Source: Vibrio phage Aphrodite1
Sequence record: MG720308.1
Strand: one strand, 5' to 3'
Length of the DNA stretch: 40,000 nucleotides
The position numbers and the translations under genes were made by a program. The notes beneath the pieces are model-generated. The model was not told where the DNA came from. It saw nothing but the letters and a program-made list of their open reading frames with translations, and searched no databases. Each line of letters opens with the position of its first letter. Positions within the stretch are counted from its first letter, which is position 1. Of this stretch, positions 17,826 to 26,580 are shown in pieces.

Positions 17826-18481
17826 TGAATACGTGTCGAGCTTTCTCTATGGGTACATCGGGGATCGTGCATGACAACCAAATGCAGTCTTATGCGAACA
17901 TGATCCAGATGAACTTTGAACAGGTTCAAAACGTAGGCGGTTGGTTAGGAGAAGGTGCTTCTAACTTTATGGATTCCTTTAAGAACTTTGTTAACACCCG
18001 AGCTTGGGATTTAGCGAGCCGTATTCGTGGTAATGCCGAAGATCACTACATCGGTTACTACGACATCGGTATCGCGACTTCAATGGAAATGTTACAAGCT
18101 TCTCAAGGATTCATGCGTGATTACATCATGGCGATGCCGGGCGTGATGGACCTTTACAAAGAAGGAGAACTAAGTGGTTGGGAAGGTGAGTTCAGTGAAT
18201 GGTGTACGGGTGTGGGTGAAGACAACATCTACTACCGTCGTCAAATGCACGGCTTATTGCAACTAGAACAGCAGGAAGACAAAAACGTAGCCCGTACTAC
18301 TCATTTCTATGATTCCGTCGCTGGAACCGGTTTGAGTGTCCGTGAGCGCTATGATCTAGCAACTACCCGCACTGCTGTGAACCATCATCTTGCTAATAGT
18401 CTATTCGACTTCACTAATGCAGAAGGTGAATTACGCACCTCAGCAAAAGAAGCGGAAGACAAACAAAATAAAGGGGAGTAA
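17825..18481 (+). CDS. hypothetical protein (218 aa)
   Basis: Intact ORF overlapping the beta' stop by 1 nt. Confidence 0.75.
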   Translation: MNTCRAFSMGTSGIVHDNQMQSYANMIQMNFEQVQNVGGWLGEGASNFMDSFKNFVNTRAWDLASRIRGNAEDHYIGYYDIGIATSMEMLQASQGFMRDYIMAMPGVMDLYKEGELSGWEGEFSEWCTGVGEDNIYYRRQMHGLLQLEQQEDKNVARTTHFYDSVAGTGLSVRERYDLATTRTAVNHHLANSLFDFTNAEGELRTSAKEAEDKQNKGE

Positions 18482-18506
18482 TCCCCTTCTTTTTATTAGG
18501 AGAGTT

Positions 18507-18983
18507 ATGAGTTCTGTCAATATTGTTAATCGTCGTCGACTTACTATTTTTCGTAAAGACCAAATAGATCTAAGCGTCACCAAACTACTACGCACCTTAA
18601 AGAAAAGACCAGAGAAAAAGCGTTTCTTATTAGTTGAGTACGGGGAGCCTCTGGATGACCGTATCAACCCACAACATGCTGTATTAAAGCTCACCAACTT
18701 CACTTACAATGAAGAAGGGGATTTGACCGCACTAGTCTATCCTGCTGATACCGGGCGACCTAGCATCACACTAGGTGGGTGTGCTAAGCGAGTGAGTTTG
18801 GGGCAACTTTTATTGAGTTCTCGTGTTCCTACGTTTGAGTTTAAATTCAAACGAGTACGGAGGCCTGTGTTGAAGGATGAACAACCTGTTTATGATGAAT
18901 TGGGTCGACAACAGTTTTTCTACAATTGTTGTTTGTACACGGTACCGATAGAAAAACCAATTTTATCAGAAGGTCAGAATTAA
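18507..18983 (+). CDS. hypothetical protein (158 aa; start trimmed from 18390)
   Basis: AGGAGAG RBS immediately upstream of ATG 18507. Confidence 0.75.
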   Translation: MSSVNIVNRRRLTIFRKDQIDLSVTKLLRTLKKRPEKKRFLLVEYGEPLDDRINPQHAVLKLTNFTYNEEGDLTALVYPADTGRPSITLGGCAKRVSLGQLLLSSRVPTFEFKFKRVRRPVLKDEQPVYDELGRQQFFYNCCLYTVPIEKPILSEGQN

Positions 18984-19002
18984 CACACAGTCTTTTTCAA
19001 GT

Positions 19003-19021
19003 CTATATAACCTAAGTGTAA
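19003..19021 (+). promoter_or_regulatory. candidate early promoter CTATATAACCTAAGTGTAA
   Basis: Recurrent motif; 36 bp upstream of the 42-aa membrane protein gene. Confidence 0.6.
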
Positions 19022-19056
19022 AATGAATGTATTTATTTAAACTTTGGAGACATCCC

Positions 19057-19185
19057 ATGAAAGATTACGTGAACGTTCAACCTAAAAACACTGAAACTAA
19101 AACTTCTTGGTTGCGTAGCAACGGTATGTTTGCACTCATCTTTTTGGTGGGTGTTTACACATCGTTTAACTACGGCAACTGGTAA
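19057..19185 (+). CDS. small single-pass membrane protein (42 aa), absent from the supplied ORF list
   Basis: MKDYVNVQPKNTETKTSWLRSNGMFALIFLVGVYTSFNYGNW; RBS GGAG, own promoter-like motif and terminator, one hydrophobic segment. Confidence 0.75.
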   Translation: MKDYVNVQPKNTETKTSWLRSNGMFALIFLVGVYTSFNYGNW

Positions 19186-19192
19186 GTTACTT

Positions 19193-19214
19193 CCTCCTAC
19201 CTTCGGGTAGGAGG
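19193..19214 (+). terminator. intrinsic terminator CCTCCTACC-TTCG-GGTAGGAGG
   Basis: 9-bp stem with UUCG loop, T-rich tract shortly downstream. Confidence 0.8.
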
Positions 19215-19247
19215 ATTCCCCTCCCTCTTTATTTTTTTAGGTTTATT

Positions 19248-19670
19248 ATGGCTAAAGATTACATAGTCGGTACGATGTCCACTTTAGGACATATCACCGA
19301 AGCGACCGAAGTCGCAATGGACAGACACTTAGCTTATTGGTTCGCATCCCGTCGCAGCCAAGGCATGACTATCTTAAAAACAAATTCATTCGAGTGGGTT
19401 TTAAAAGAAGCCCAAGGTAACCAACAACGTGTTGCCGATGACGTTCAAAGTAACCTTAAACTCCATTTTGAAGAGTTGTTTCAGAACGTACAAGTTCAGA
19501 CTTCCACCGAAGGATTTGAGAACGATCGAGATGGTCGTTTCCATCTTTATATACAAGTTTCTATTCAGCATGACGGACAATGGTATGATTTAGGATCCGC
19601 TGTCCAAGTGTCAGGCGAAACGTTTAACCTCATCAACCAAGGACGCATCAATGCAAGAGCAAGAACCTAA
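19248..19670 (+). CDS. hypothetical protein (140 aa)
   Basis: Intact ORF. Confidence 0.75.
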   Translation: MAKDYIVGTMSTLGHITEATEVAMDRHLAYWFASRRSQGMTILKTNSFEWVLKEAQGNQQRVADDVQSNLKLHFEELFQNVQVQTSTEGFENDRDGRFHLYIQVSIQHDGQWYDLGSAVQVSGETFNLINQGRINARART

Positions 19671-20538
19671 CATGATCGAAGATATCACCGAAGATACGGT
19701 GATTGAAGAAATCGAAATCGCCAGTAATGAAGACCTCCGTTATCTTGATCGAGTTCGTGTAGTGGACGAAAAACACCGCGCGAGTTTAAACGAATCGTTC
19801 GGTTGGATTGGAGACCTAAAGCTGGTTAAAGTCGACGACCAATATGCGTTAAAAGACCCTGCCGGTGGTTATGTTATCTCTGATACCACTATCCATGAAA
19901 AAGCTTTCGTTAACCGCTGGTTAGATCAATTCGCATTGGGTTTCGTTGGACCTACTAATTACTTCGATGCCAGAGCTTGGGGTGAATTAACCCACGGTCA
20001 TCAACGTGGCGTGGTGATAGTAGATGATAAAGGTGAAGCCATCTTCGTTATTCCACCTTTGTCCCGTATCCAATTAAATGAAACGGAACAATACGTTCTT
20101 GACCTCGCCCATAAAAACTTTACCAATGCGAGTTCAGCCGAACAAACTGGTGACGCACATCGTGCTAAAGAAATCGTTCGTCAGACGTCAGAACTCATCA
20201 AAACTCACATTAGTGATGAAACCATTACGGTAACACATTTGATCCCTGAATGGTTCTACACGAAATACGGCGTGGTGCCTTACATCAAGCGTTCGATGAT
20301 CTATTGCCGTGATATGTATGGATTGAACCCGGAGATTAAAGAAGACTGGGAAATGGCGAAAAGCGTCTTCACCAACATCCATAACAAAACAGCGCTCACC
20401 CAAGAACAACTAATCTTTATGGAAATCTTAACAGAAGGAGAATTCACACCACCTGATTATGTTCCCGTAAATGAACCGAGTGAAATTTCACCAGAGTCGC
20501 CATCTAACAGCGAGGACTTTGATCCGTTTGAAAACTAA
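19651..20538 (+). CDS. hypothetical protein (295 aa; start could be 19672)
   Basis: Intact ORF overlapping the previous stop. Confidence 0.75.
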   Translation: MQEQEPNMIEDITEDTVIEEIEIASNEDLRYLDRVRVVDEKHRASLNESFGWIGDLKLVKVDDQYALKDPAGGYVISDTTIHEKAFVNRWLDQFALGFVGPTNYFDARAWGELTHGHQRGVVIVDDKGEAIFVIPPLSRIQLNETEQYVLDLAHKNFTNASSAEQTGDAHRAKEIVRQTSELIKTHISDETITVTHLIPEWFYTKYGVVPYIKRSMIYCRDMYGLNPEIKEDWEMAKSVFTNIHNKTALTQEQLIFMEILTEGEFTPPDYVPVNEPSEISPESPSNSEDFDPFEN

Positions 20539-20559
20539 TTAGATTGGCGAATAATAACT

Positions 20560-21684
20560 ATGCAAGACAACCGCTTTTTCGGGTTATGGTTCAGTGACCA
20601 ACATAACCTACATAGTAAGACCCCGACTAGTCACATACTGTACAACTCAAGTCAGTTTTTGACCCGTAGTCACAATTTAGAAGAAGTGGACATCGTTGTA
20701 TTCGGTGGAGACTTTTATGAGCGTTTGGTCGACGCTTCTCACCCAGACATGCGATTAACCCAACACTGGATCAGAAAGTTCTTATTGGAATGTTTGGAGC
20801 ACAACGTGATTGTGAGGGTGCTTGAAGGTACGTCCTCACATGACCGTGAACAGCCTGAGAACTTTGTAGTTCAATGTCCTGATGGGTTAGACCTTAAATG
20901 GGTGAAAGAGCTTTCATACGAGCGCATAGAGAAGCTTGGGATAGATGTCTTTTATGTTCCGGATAACATGGGTGGACTTTCTCCCGATATCATCTGGGAC
21001 AAAACCTTAGAGATACTGGCGGCCAATGGAAAGAAAGAAGTTGATTACGTTTTCTTCCATGGTGCGTTCGAGTACCAAATTCCCCTTAAGTTTAGTAAAC
21101 ACTCACATTCTGAAACTCGCTGGCAGTCTATCGTAAAGCGTCATTTGTTTGCAGGGCATGTTCATAAACCATCGGAGTACGGGAAAATACGAGTCAGTGG
21201 TTCGTTTGACCGTATCAACCATGGCGAAGAGCATCCTAAAGGGGGCTACGAATTCTGGTGGGAACCAGAAAGTGATTGGTGTGAAACTAAATTTTGGGAG
21301 AATAAAAACGCCCTACCTTATTTACGTGTATTGCAGCATCCCGATGATGATAATGAATCGTTGTTGGATAAAGTGAATCGGTTGATCAAACTGAAGAACC
21401 CGATTCCTAAAAGCCGCATCCAGTTACGTGGTAAGAATGGGGCGTTGATCAAAGGGGTTGCGGAATACCTAAAGGGTAGCTACCCGCAATACTTCTTTGA
21501 TATCGACTCTTCCAGTCAAGTGGACAAACTTATCTCCCCAGACATCATGAATGATTTGACTTACGAGGGAGTGACTTTAACAAAAGGTAACTTCTCTGAG
21601 CACCTTCGACAATACATGATCGAAGAGCGCACAGATCAAAATCTAATGAATGGTGCCTTGGAATTATTAGAGGAATTCTTATGA
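20560..21684 (+). CDS. SbcD/Mre11-like calcineurin-family metallophosphoesterase
   Basis: Ordered motifs FSDQHN, VVFGGDF, EGTSSHD, FFHGAFE, FAGHVHKPSEYG. Confidence 0.82.
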   Translation: MQDNRFFGLWFSDQHNLHSKTPTSHILYNSSQFLTRSHNLEEVDIVVFGGDFYERLVDASHPDMRLTQHWIRKFLLECLEHNVIVRVLEGTSSHDREQPENFVVQCPDGLDLKWVKELSYERIEKLGIDVFYVPDNMGGLSPDIIWDKTLEILAANGKKEVDYVFFHGAFEYQIPLKFSKHSHSETRWQSIVKRHLFAGHVHKPSEYGKIRVSGSFDRINHGEEHPKGGYEFWWEPESDWCETKFWENKNALPYLRVLQHPDDDNESLLDKVNRLIKLKNPIPKSRIQLRGKNGALIKGVAEYLKGSYPQYFFDIDSSSQVDKLISPDIMNDLTYEGVTLTKGNFSEHLRQYMIEERTDQNLMNGALELLEEFL

Positions 21685-22478
21685 GGACCTTAGGTGAAAT
21701 ACTTCCGATGTCGGTCGGAACTGCATTAGCCTTTGAGGGAGAGGAGGGAAAACACGCCATCCCTAAGGCTGACACTTTCTTAATTAATTTACGCACCCTG
21801 ATACGCAACGTACACGGTGCGTTCTCGAAAGACGATCCTCAAATAGAAGACATCGATGTTTTAAAGTCGGCATTGTTAGAGGACATCAAACAAATAGCTT
21901 CGGCTATTACGGAGATCGCTCCTCGTTCCGTTATCCACGTCGAGATCTATTACCCTTCATATAAGTCTTTAGGTCAAAAGTATCCGCACGCTAATATCTG
22001 GAAACCAAGAACACCCAAACAGATAGCGTTGAATGATTTATATGAAAAAGTGGCAAAGTCTTTTATTAAAGATCATTCGTCACTAGTGACACTTACGGAT
22101 GTTGGCCTCCCGACGTTCAAAGGTAAGGGTCTTGTCATTACCCACCATCCGATCGATATCGCGGACACTGAAAGTTGGGGACGATTAACGTTGCTTGAAT
22201 CTCACTCTGGTGTTGCTAAGCCCTATTTACAATGGAACAGTAAACTTACCGGTAAAGAAACAGCCAACTACAACATCCCGCTAAACCGAATGACCATCCA
22301 AGTGTTCGGGGACAACTCAGTGAATTTCTTAGGTCAAAGCAATGCGATCAAAAAGTTGGTGCGAGATCTAGCGGTTAAAGCGGGTTGGACATCGGCGACT
22401 ACTCCGCAACGATGTCGTAGTTCGATCAACACATATTTAACGGGTGTGGACAAAAAAGGTTTACTCTTATTCTGGTAA
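21681..22478 (+). CDS. hypothetical protein (265 aa)
   Basis: ATG overlaps the stop of the previous gene; intact ORF. Confidence 0.75.
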   Translation: MRTLGEILPMSVGTALAFEGEEGKHAIPKADTFLINLRTLIRNVHGAFSKDDPQIEDIDVLKSALLEDIKQIASAITEIAPRSVIHVEIYYPSYKSLGQKYPHANIWKPRTPKQIALNDLYEKVAKSFIKDHSSLVTLTDVGLPTFKGKGLVITHHPIDIADTESWGRLTLLESHSGVAKPYLQWNSKLTGKETANYNIPLNRMTIQVFGDNSVNFLGQSNAIKKLVRDLAVKAGWTSATTPQRCRSSINTYLTGVDKKGLLLFW

Positions 22479-22551
22479 GTCTTCACCCCGGTGCACCTTT
22501 ATTAGCACAAAACCAAATTTTTAACTAATTCAATTTAAGGCAGAAAAGACT

Positions 22552-23274
22552 ATGTCTCAACAAAACGGCAACGCACGCGTAAAAACTCCACTGAACGACT
22601 ACTACGGTGTTCACCCTCAAACGGCGCAACCAGTGGAAGGTGCTAAGTTCCCGGGTCAAGCATTATGGGAATTTGCTAACAACGGTAAGGTGTTGTTCAA
22701 AGCGGATGATAAGCGTTACAATCCTAACGACCAACAAGCGTACAAAAAGAAAGAATGTGAGATGGAAGCATCTGACCGTAACATGATCTTTGAATTGTTG
22801 TTAGAAGCAGCAAACGACGAGACGTTTACTAAAGGTCAGTACACGATCAAAAAGCATCAATTCGTTCGTCAGAACGGTCAGTCTAAGCTTTCAGATCAAC
22901 CAATTGCACAAGGTCAGTTCACAGTTATCCGTGACCAAAACGGCGTTATCTCCATGGGTTACACTCGCGGTGATTACAAAATCTTGTTTGTGTTCTCAGC
23001 TCCGGGTCACTCAGAACTCAAGTTCTTTGAGAACGGCGAGTGGGTTTCTAAAGAAGGCAAAATGTCACAAATGTGGGTTCGTTCTTACGTGAAACGCATG
23101 GGTGGCATTCTTAACACGAAAGAGATGGAAATCTACCAACCGCCTAAGCCTAAGAACAACAACTGGAACAACAACAATAACGGCGGTAACAATAACAACA
23201 ACGGTGGTTGGGGCAATAACAACGGCGGCGGTAATGGCGGCGGTAATGATAACTTCGACGATATTGACTTCTAA
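22552..23274 (+). CDS. single-stranded DNA-binding-like protein (240 aa) with Asn/Gly-rich linker and acidic tip DNFDDIDF
   Basis: Folded N-terminal part + low-complexity NNGG linker + acidic/aromatic end, the architecture of SSBs (DDDIPF-like). Confidence 0.6.
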   Translation: MSQQNGNARVKTPLNDYYGVHPQTAQPVEGAKFPGQALWEFANNGKVLFKADDKRYNPNDQQAYKKKECEMEASDRNMIFELLLEAANDETFTKGQYTIKKHQFVRQNGQSKLSDQPIAQGQFTVIRDQNGVISMGYTRGDYKILFVFSAPGHSELKFFENGEWVSKEGKMSQMWVRSYVKRMGGILNTKEMEIYQPPKPKNNNWNNNNNGGNNNNNGGWGNNNGGGNGGGNDNFDDIDF

Positions 23275-23297
23275 TTTACTTTTTGATAAGTAGTTCT

Positions 23298-23321
23298 GAA
23301 GAGGGGCTTCGGTCCCTCTTC
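23298..23321 (+). terminator. hairpin GAAGAGGGGC-TTCG-GTCCCTCTTC
   Basis: 10-bp stem (one G.U), UUCG loop. Confidence 0.75.
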
Positions 23322-23351
23322 CTCTTATGCTTTTGCTAAATTATTTCAAAC

Positions 23352-23370
23352 CTACATTATCTTAGGGTAA
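23352..23370 (+). promoter_or_regulatory. candidate early promoter CTACATTATCTTAGGGTAA
   Basis: Recurrent motif, 18 bp upstream of the 23388 ATG. Confidence 0.5.
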
Positions 23371-23387
23371 TCCATAGGAGATTAAAC

Positions 23388-24962
23388 ATGGAATTTCACA
23401 TTACCAATAAAACCCGTTCTCAATTTAAAGGGATCGTGGTCTCCCACAAAGGCGAAACCATTAATTTCGCTGCCCACAGTAAGATCCATTGTGGGGACTC
23501 TGATGGTGATTTATTCATCCACACAAATGAATATTTCAAATCCATCCCGGAAGCCCGACTGGACAAAATGTTTGATGTCTTTAAGCGAGCTAAGGGAATC
23601 CTTGAACCCGATTACGCAGAAACATTAGGTAAGGACGACGAACTATTACGTAACCATCGTGATTACCGTTATTTGATCGATCGTTTGATTCCATTGGTTC
23701 GTGAACTTTACGAATCTGTTGATCTACGTAACTACTCGTATTACTTAAAACAATCTGGTGTTTGTGCTCCTCCTAGAGGGCTGCGTGAAACCGTATCTCG
23801 TGGCGAATACCATGCTGAACAAACCATTAACCCAACGGAGTATGAACAAGTAGCTGAACTCGCATTATTAATGCGACCAAGTTTCCCAATCATCTCCGGG
23901 ATGATGCAAAAAGCAAAAGAGATTACCGGCGACGAATACAAAGAAGTGGTGACTGCTGGACTGTTCAAAGACTTTGATGTTTTCACTAACCATCACGGTT
24001 GGATTAAGATTCGTAACTACATGAATTACTTTTATTCAACCAATGGTGTGAACTCTTTACAGTTGTCCCTGATCTCCGAAGACTCGTATGTGAACCACGC
24101 ATTTTATTCTGCGTTGTTTAGTCGACTCGGTTCAACTCACATTCCTTCTTTAGACAACAGCAAGAACATCGCTAAGTCTTTGTACTCAGTAGCCAAACAG
24201 TTCTCGGCACCATCGTCTCGTATTCGTGAAAAGAAACTCACCACGAAAGATGAGATGAATGAGAAACGCAGTCTGTACGAGATCTACTTCCTTAAAGAAG
24301 AAGTAAGCTCCGCAGATGAAGAATCTCATGCTGAGTTTTTCTCTATGGGTTTATTTGATTGCGAAGACAACCCGAGACACGCCGAACGTTTTGACATCCC
24401 GGCTGCGGGATTAAAAATCGAGAACGTTAAACTAGTAGAGTGGGTATACGACCAAATCCCAAGCAACTGGGAGTTCGAACTACAGCCACACATCTACACA
24501 CTACTTCAATTAGTTTTCCAAGAACACATTTCTTACAACATCTACTTGTCATTAGACCATTACCAGTTAATGGCTGCGCTTTCATTAGCCACTGTAAAAC
24601 TTCACGAGATGGGCTATCCTAAGTTAGCAACTCTTGTGTGTACAGTCTATGATGAAACCCAACCACGCAGTTTGACTGATGAAATTTTCTCATTAGACAG
24701 TGCAGATAAAGAAATGCTGGAATCGATATGCGCAGTGTATCGTGGCCAATCCACATTAACCGCAGATAACGAAGCCGTTATCGGAGCGAATGACTTCTTG
24801 AAGAACTTAGGTAACGGTCAATGGTCGTCTATCATCGAACCTAACATGTTAGGTGATGAAGCAATAATGAGCAATGCCGATCAAGGTGACTTGTTCGAAG
24901 TTGAACTCGACCGCTCCCTGAAAACTGAATTCCTCAACCTAATCAAAGAACTTAGCTCGTAA
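23388..24962 (+). CDS. hypothetical protein (524 aa); positional/size candidate for the fifth non-virion RNAP subunit (phiKZ gp68-like)
   Basis: Intact ORF; size near phiKZ gp68 and located between the gp55-like and gp71-73-like genes. Positional inference only. Confidence 0.35.
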   Translation: MEFHITNKTRSQFKGIVVSHKGETINFAAHSKIHCGDSDGDLFIHTNEYFKSIPEARLDKMFDVFKRAKGILEPDYAETLGKDDELLRNHRDYRYLIDRLIPLVRELYESVDLRNYSYYLKQSGVCAPPRGLRETVSRGEYHAEQTINPTEYEQVAELALLMRPSFPIISGMMQKAKEITGDEYKEVVTAGLFKDFDVFTNHHGWIKIRNYMNYFYSTNGVNSLQLSLISEDSYVNHAFYSALFSRLGSTHIPSLDNSKNIAKSLYSVAKQFSAPSSRIREKKLTTKDEMNEKRSLYEIYFLKEEVSSADEESHAEFFSMGLFDCEDNPRHAERFDIPAAGLKIENVKLVEWVYDQIPSNWEFELQPHIYTLLQLVFQEHISYNIYLSLDHYQLMAALSLATVKLHEMGYPKLATLVCTVYDETQPRSLTDEIFSLDSADKEMLESICAVYRGQSTLTADNEAVIGANDFLKNLGNGQWSSIIEPNMLGDEAIMSNADQGDLFEVELDRSLKTEFLNLIKELSS

Positions 24963-25012
24963 GAGTTTGTATTTATCATTAACGTTTAAAACGAAATTAA
25001 GGAAACCCAACC

Positions 25013-26494
25013 ATGGCACAACTAGCACTTATCCGCGCTACTATCGGTCTATCTAGCCAATACCACGACCACTACATGCGTGCGCACTCTTTAAACCTAT
25101 CTGGTGATGACACCAACCAATTACTTGGTGCTCGTCTAGGTAATACTTCATTAGTGGCTCCATCGGAAATGAACAACATCGCAGCTCGTTCTGGTGGCGT
25201 TGCGACTCAAGCGTCCGGTGTAGCGGGCATCGAGGATGGCTGGCAAACATCCCGTGGTCTAGCAAGTTTTGAATTCGCCATCAACGGTGCTTCACCGGTG
25301 CAAGCGCAAACCTTGACAGTATACGGTTACATGTATGGGGGTTCACCGGCTGACACCGGTGGTGCGTTACCAGCTGACGCGATGTTTGTCCCTGTTCGTA
25401 TGTGGATGGTAGAAACCGCCGTATCGACCGATCACACAGGGTTCCCACAAGAAAGCCGTATGATGTCCCAATCAGGTACTTACTTGTTGAACGACCCTAA
25501 TTCCATGGGTAACCCTAATAACGGACTGCACACCATCCGTCCGGTGGACGTGATCAACTCTGCATCGGCCTTTGCCGCCTTTGACGACGACGAGCAACCT
25601 TCCGGCATGCTAGATGGTTTTGGTGGTTCAAGCACCGGTATGTTACAAACCGCCGGTATGAACATCTCCAAGTCCAATAACCAGTCTACTGTAGACTACG
25701 CAAACAAAATTTTGACAGCAGCGGCAACGGCATCGTTTGAGAACGAAAAGCGCCAAGACCGTTATGAAGCTATCTCTATGGCAACTGGTCTTAACAGCAT
25801 CCGTGAAGTATCATTGGAAGACAACCCGTTCATCCGTGTAATGCGTCGCGAACTTGGTTATGTGAATATGGCGAACTTCGTTGGATTCAGTATGAGTGAA
25901 ATCGCAACGGTATTTGAAAACTTCTACCAAGTAACTAACGCTCAACTAACAGACGTGAACAGTTTCGATGTTGCCGACCATCGTTATACTTCTAACGCTA
26001 TGGGTGGTTCTACATTCGAAACACTCGTGTGTTCTGAACTTAACAACATCGCCAACGCCGTTCTAGATGGTCACCGACTATCTTATCTGAGCATTCGTGC
26101 GACCAATGACGTACAACAAGGTATGGGACAAATTGTCATTAACGGTCTACCTGTGTTATACCAAATGGGTGAGTCCGCTCCTATGGTGGATAAAGACCCT
26201 GATTGGCAATACTTGGCGGCACAAGCGACTGAAACACTGCTTGCGCAATTCTACACTAAGTATAACGCAGAAATGATTCACGACCGAATGATTGTGGATT
26301 TCGAAGCTAACCTATCGTTGTTTGGTGAATCTACTATTACGGTAACGTTACACGGTAATCGTGAGAACCCACATAAAGAAACGTTCGGTACGATGGCGGG
26401 TAACCGTTTTGACCCATCACTGGTTACTTCACAAGGTCTGAACCAATCGGTAGGTGCGTTCTACAACAACCTAAAAGAATACATGAACTTCTAA
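25013..26494 (+). CDS. hypothetical protein, Ala/Gly/Asn-rich (493 aa), possibly abundant or structural
   Basis: Intact ORF, strong RBS (AAGGAAA). Confidence 0.75.
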   Translation: MAQLALIRATIGLSSQYHDHYMRAHSLNLSGDDTNQLLGARLGNTSLVAPSEMNNIAARSGGVATQASGVAGIEDGWQTSRGLASFEFAINGASPVQAQTLTVYGYMYGGSPADTGGALPADAMFVPVRMWMVETAVSTDHTGFPQESRMMSQSGTYLLNDPNSMGNPNNGLHTIRPVDVINSASAFAAFDDDEQPSGMLDGFGGSSTGMLQTAGMNISKSNNQSTVDYANKILTAAATASFENEKRQDRYEAISMATGLNSIREVSLEDNPFIRVMRRELGYVNMANFVGFSMSEIATVFENFYQVTNAQLTDVNSFDVADHRYTSNAMGGSTFETLVCSELNNIANAVLDGHRLSYLSIRATNDVQQGMGQIVINGLPVLYQMGESAPMVDKDPDWQYLAAQATETLLAQFYTKYNAEMIHDRMIVDFEANLSLFGESTITVTLHGNRENPHKETFGTMAGNRFDPSLVTSQGLNQSVGAFYNNLKEYMNF

Positions 26495-26580
26495 TCTCCG
26501 TCTCTGCAAGAGAGAAGTGCACGTCTTTCTTGCAGAATTAACCCATCAACTATTGATCAATATAACAAGGAAATTTCCTG

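Noticed and set aside
21149-21376. Plus-strand alternative-frame ORFs (21149..21376, 22904..23092 minus, 23102..23293, 29291..29569)
   Set aside because: Embedded in well-supported genes in other frames; the Thr-rich 23102 ORF is a frame-shifted reading of the Asn/Gly repeat.
23155-23260. AAC/GGC-rich tandem-like DNA repeat, considered as a repeat element
   Set aside because: Explained by the Asn/Gly-rich linker coding sequence of the SSB-like protein.
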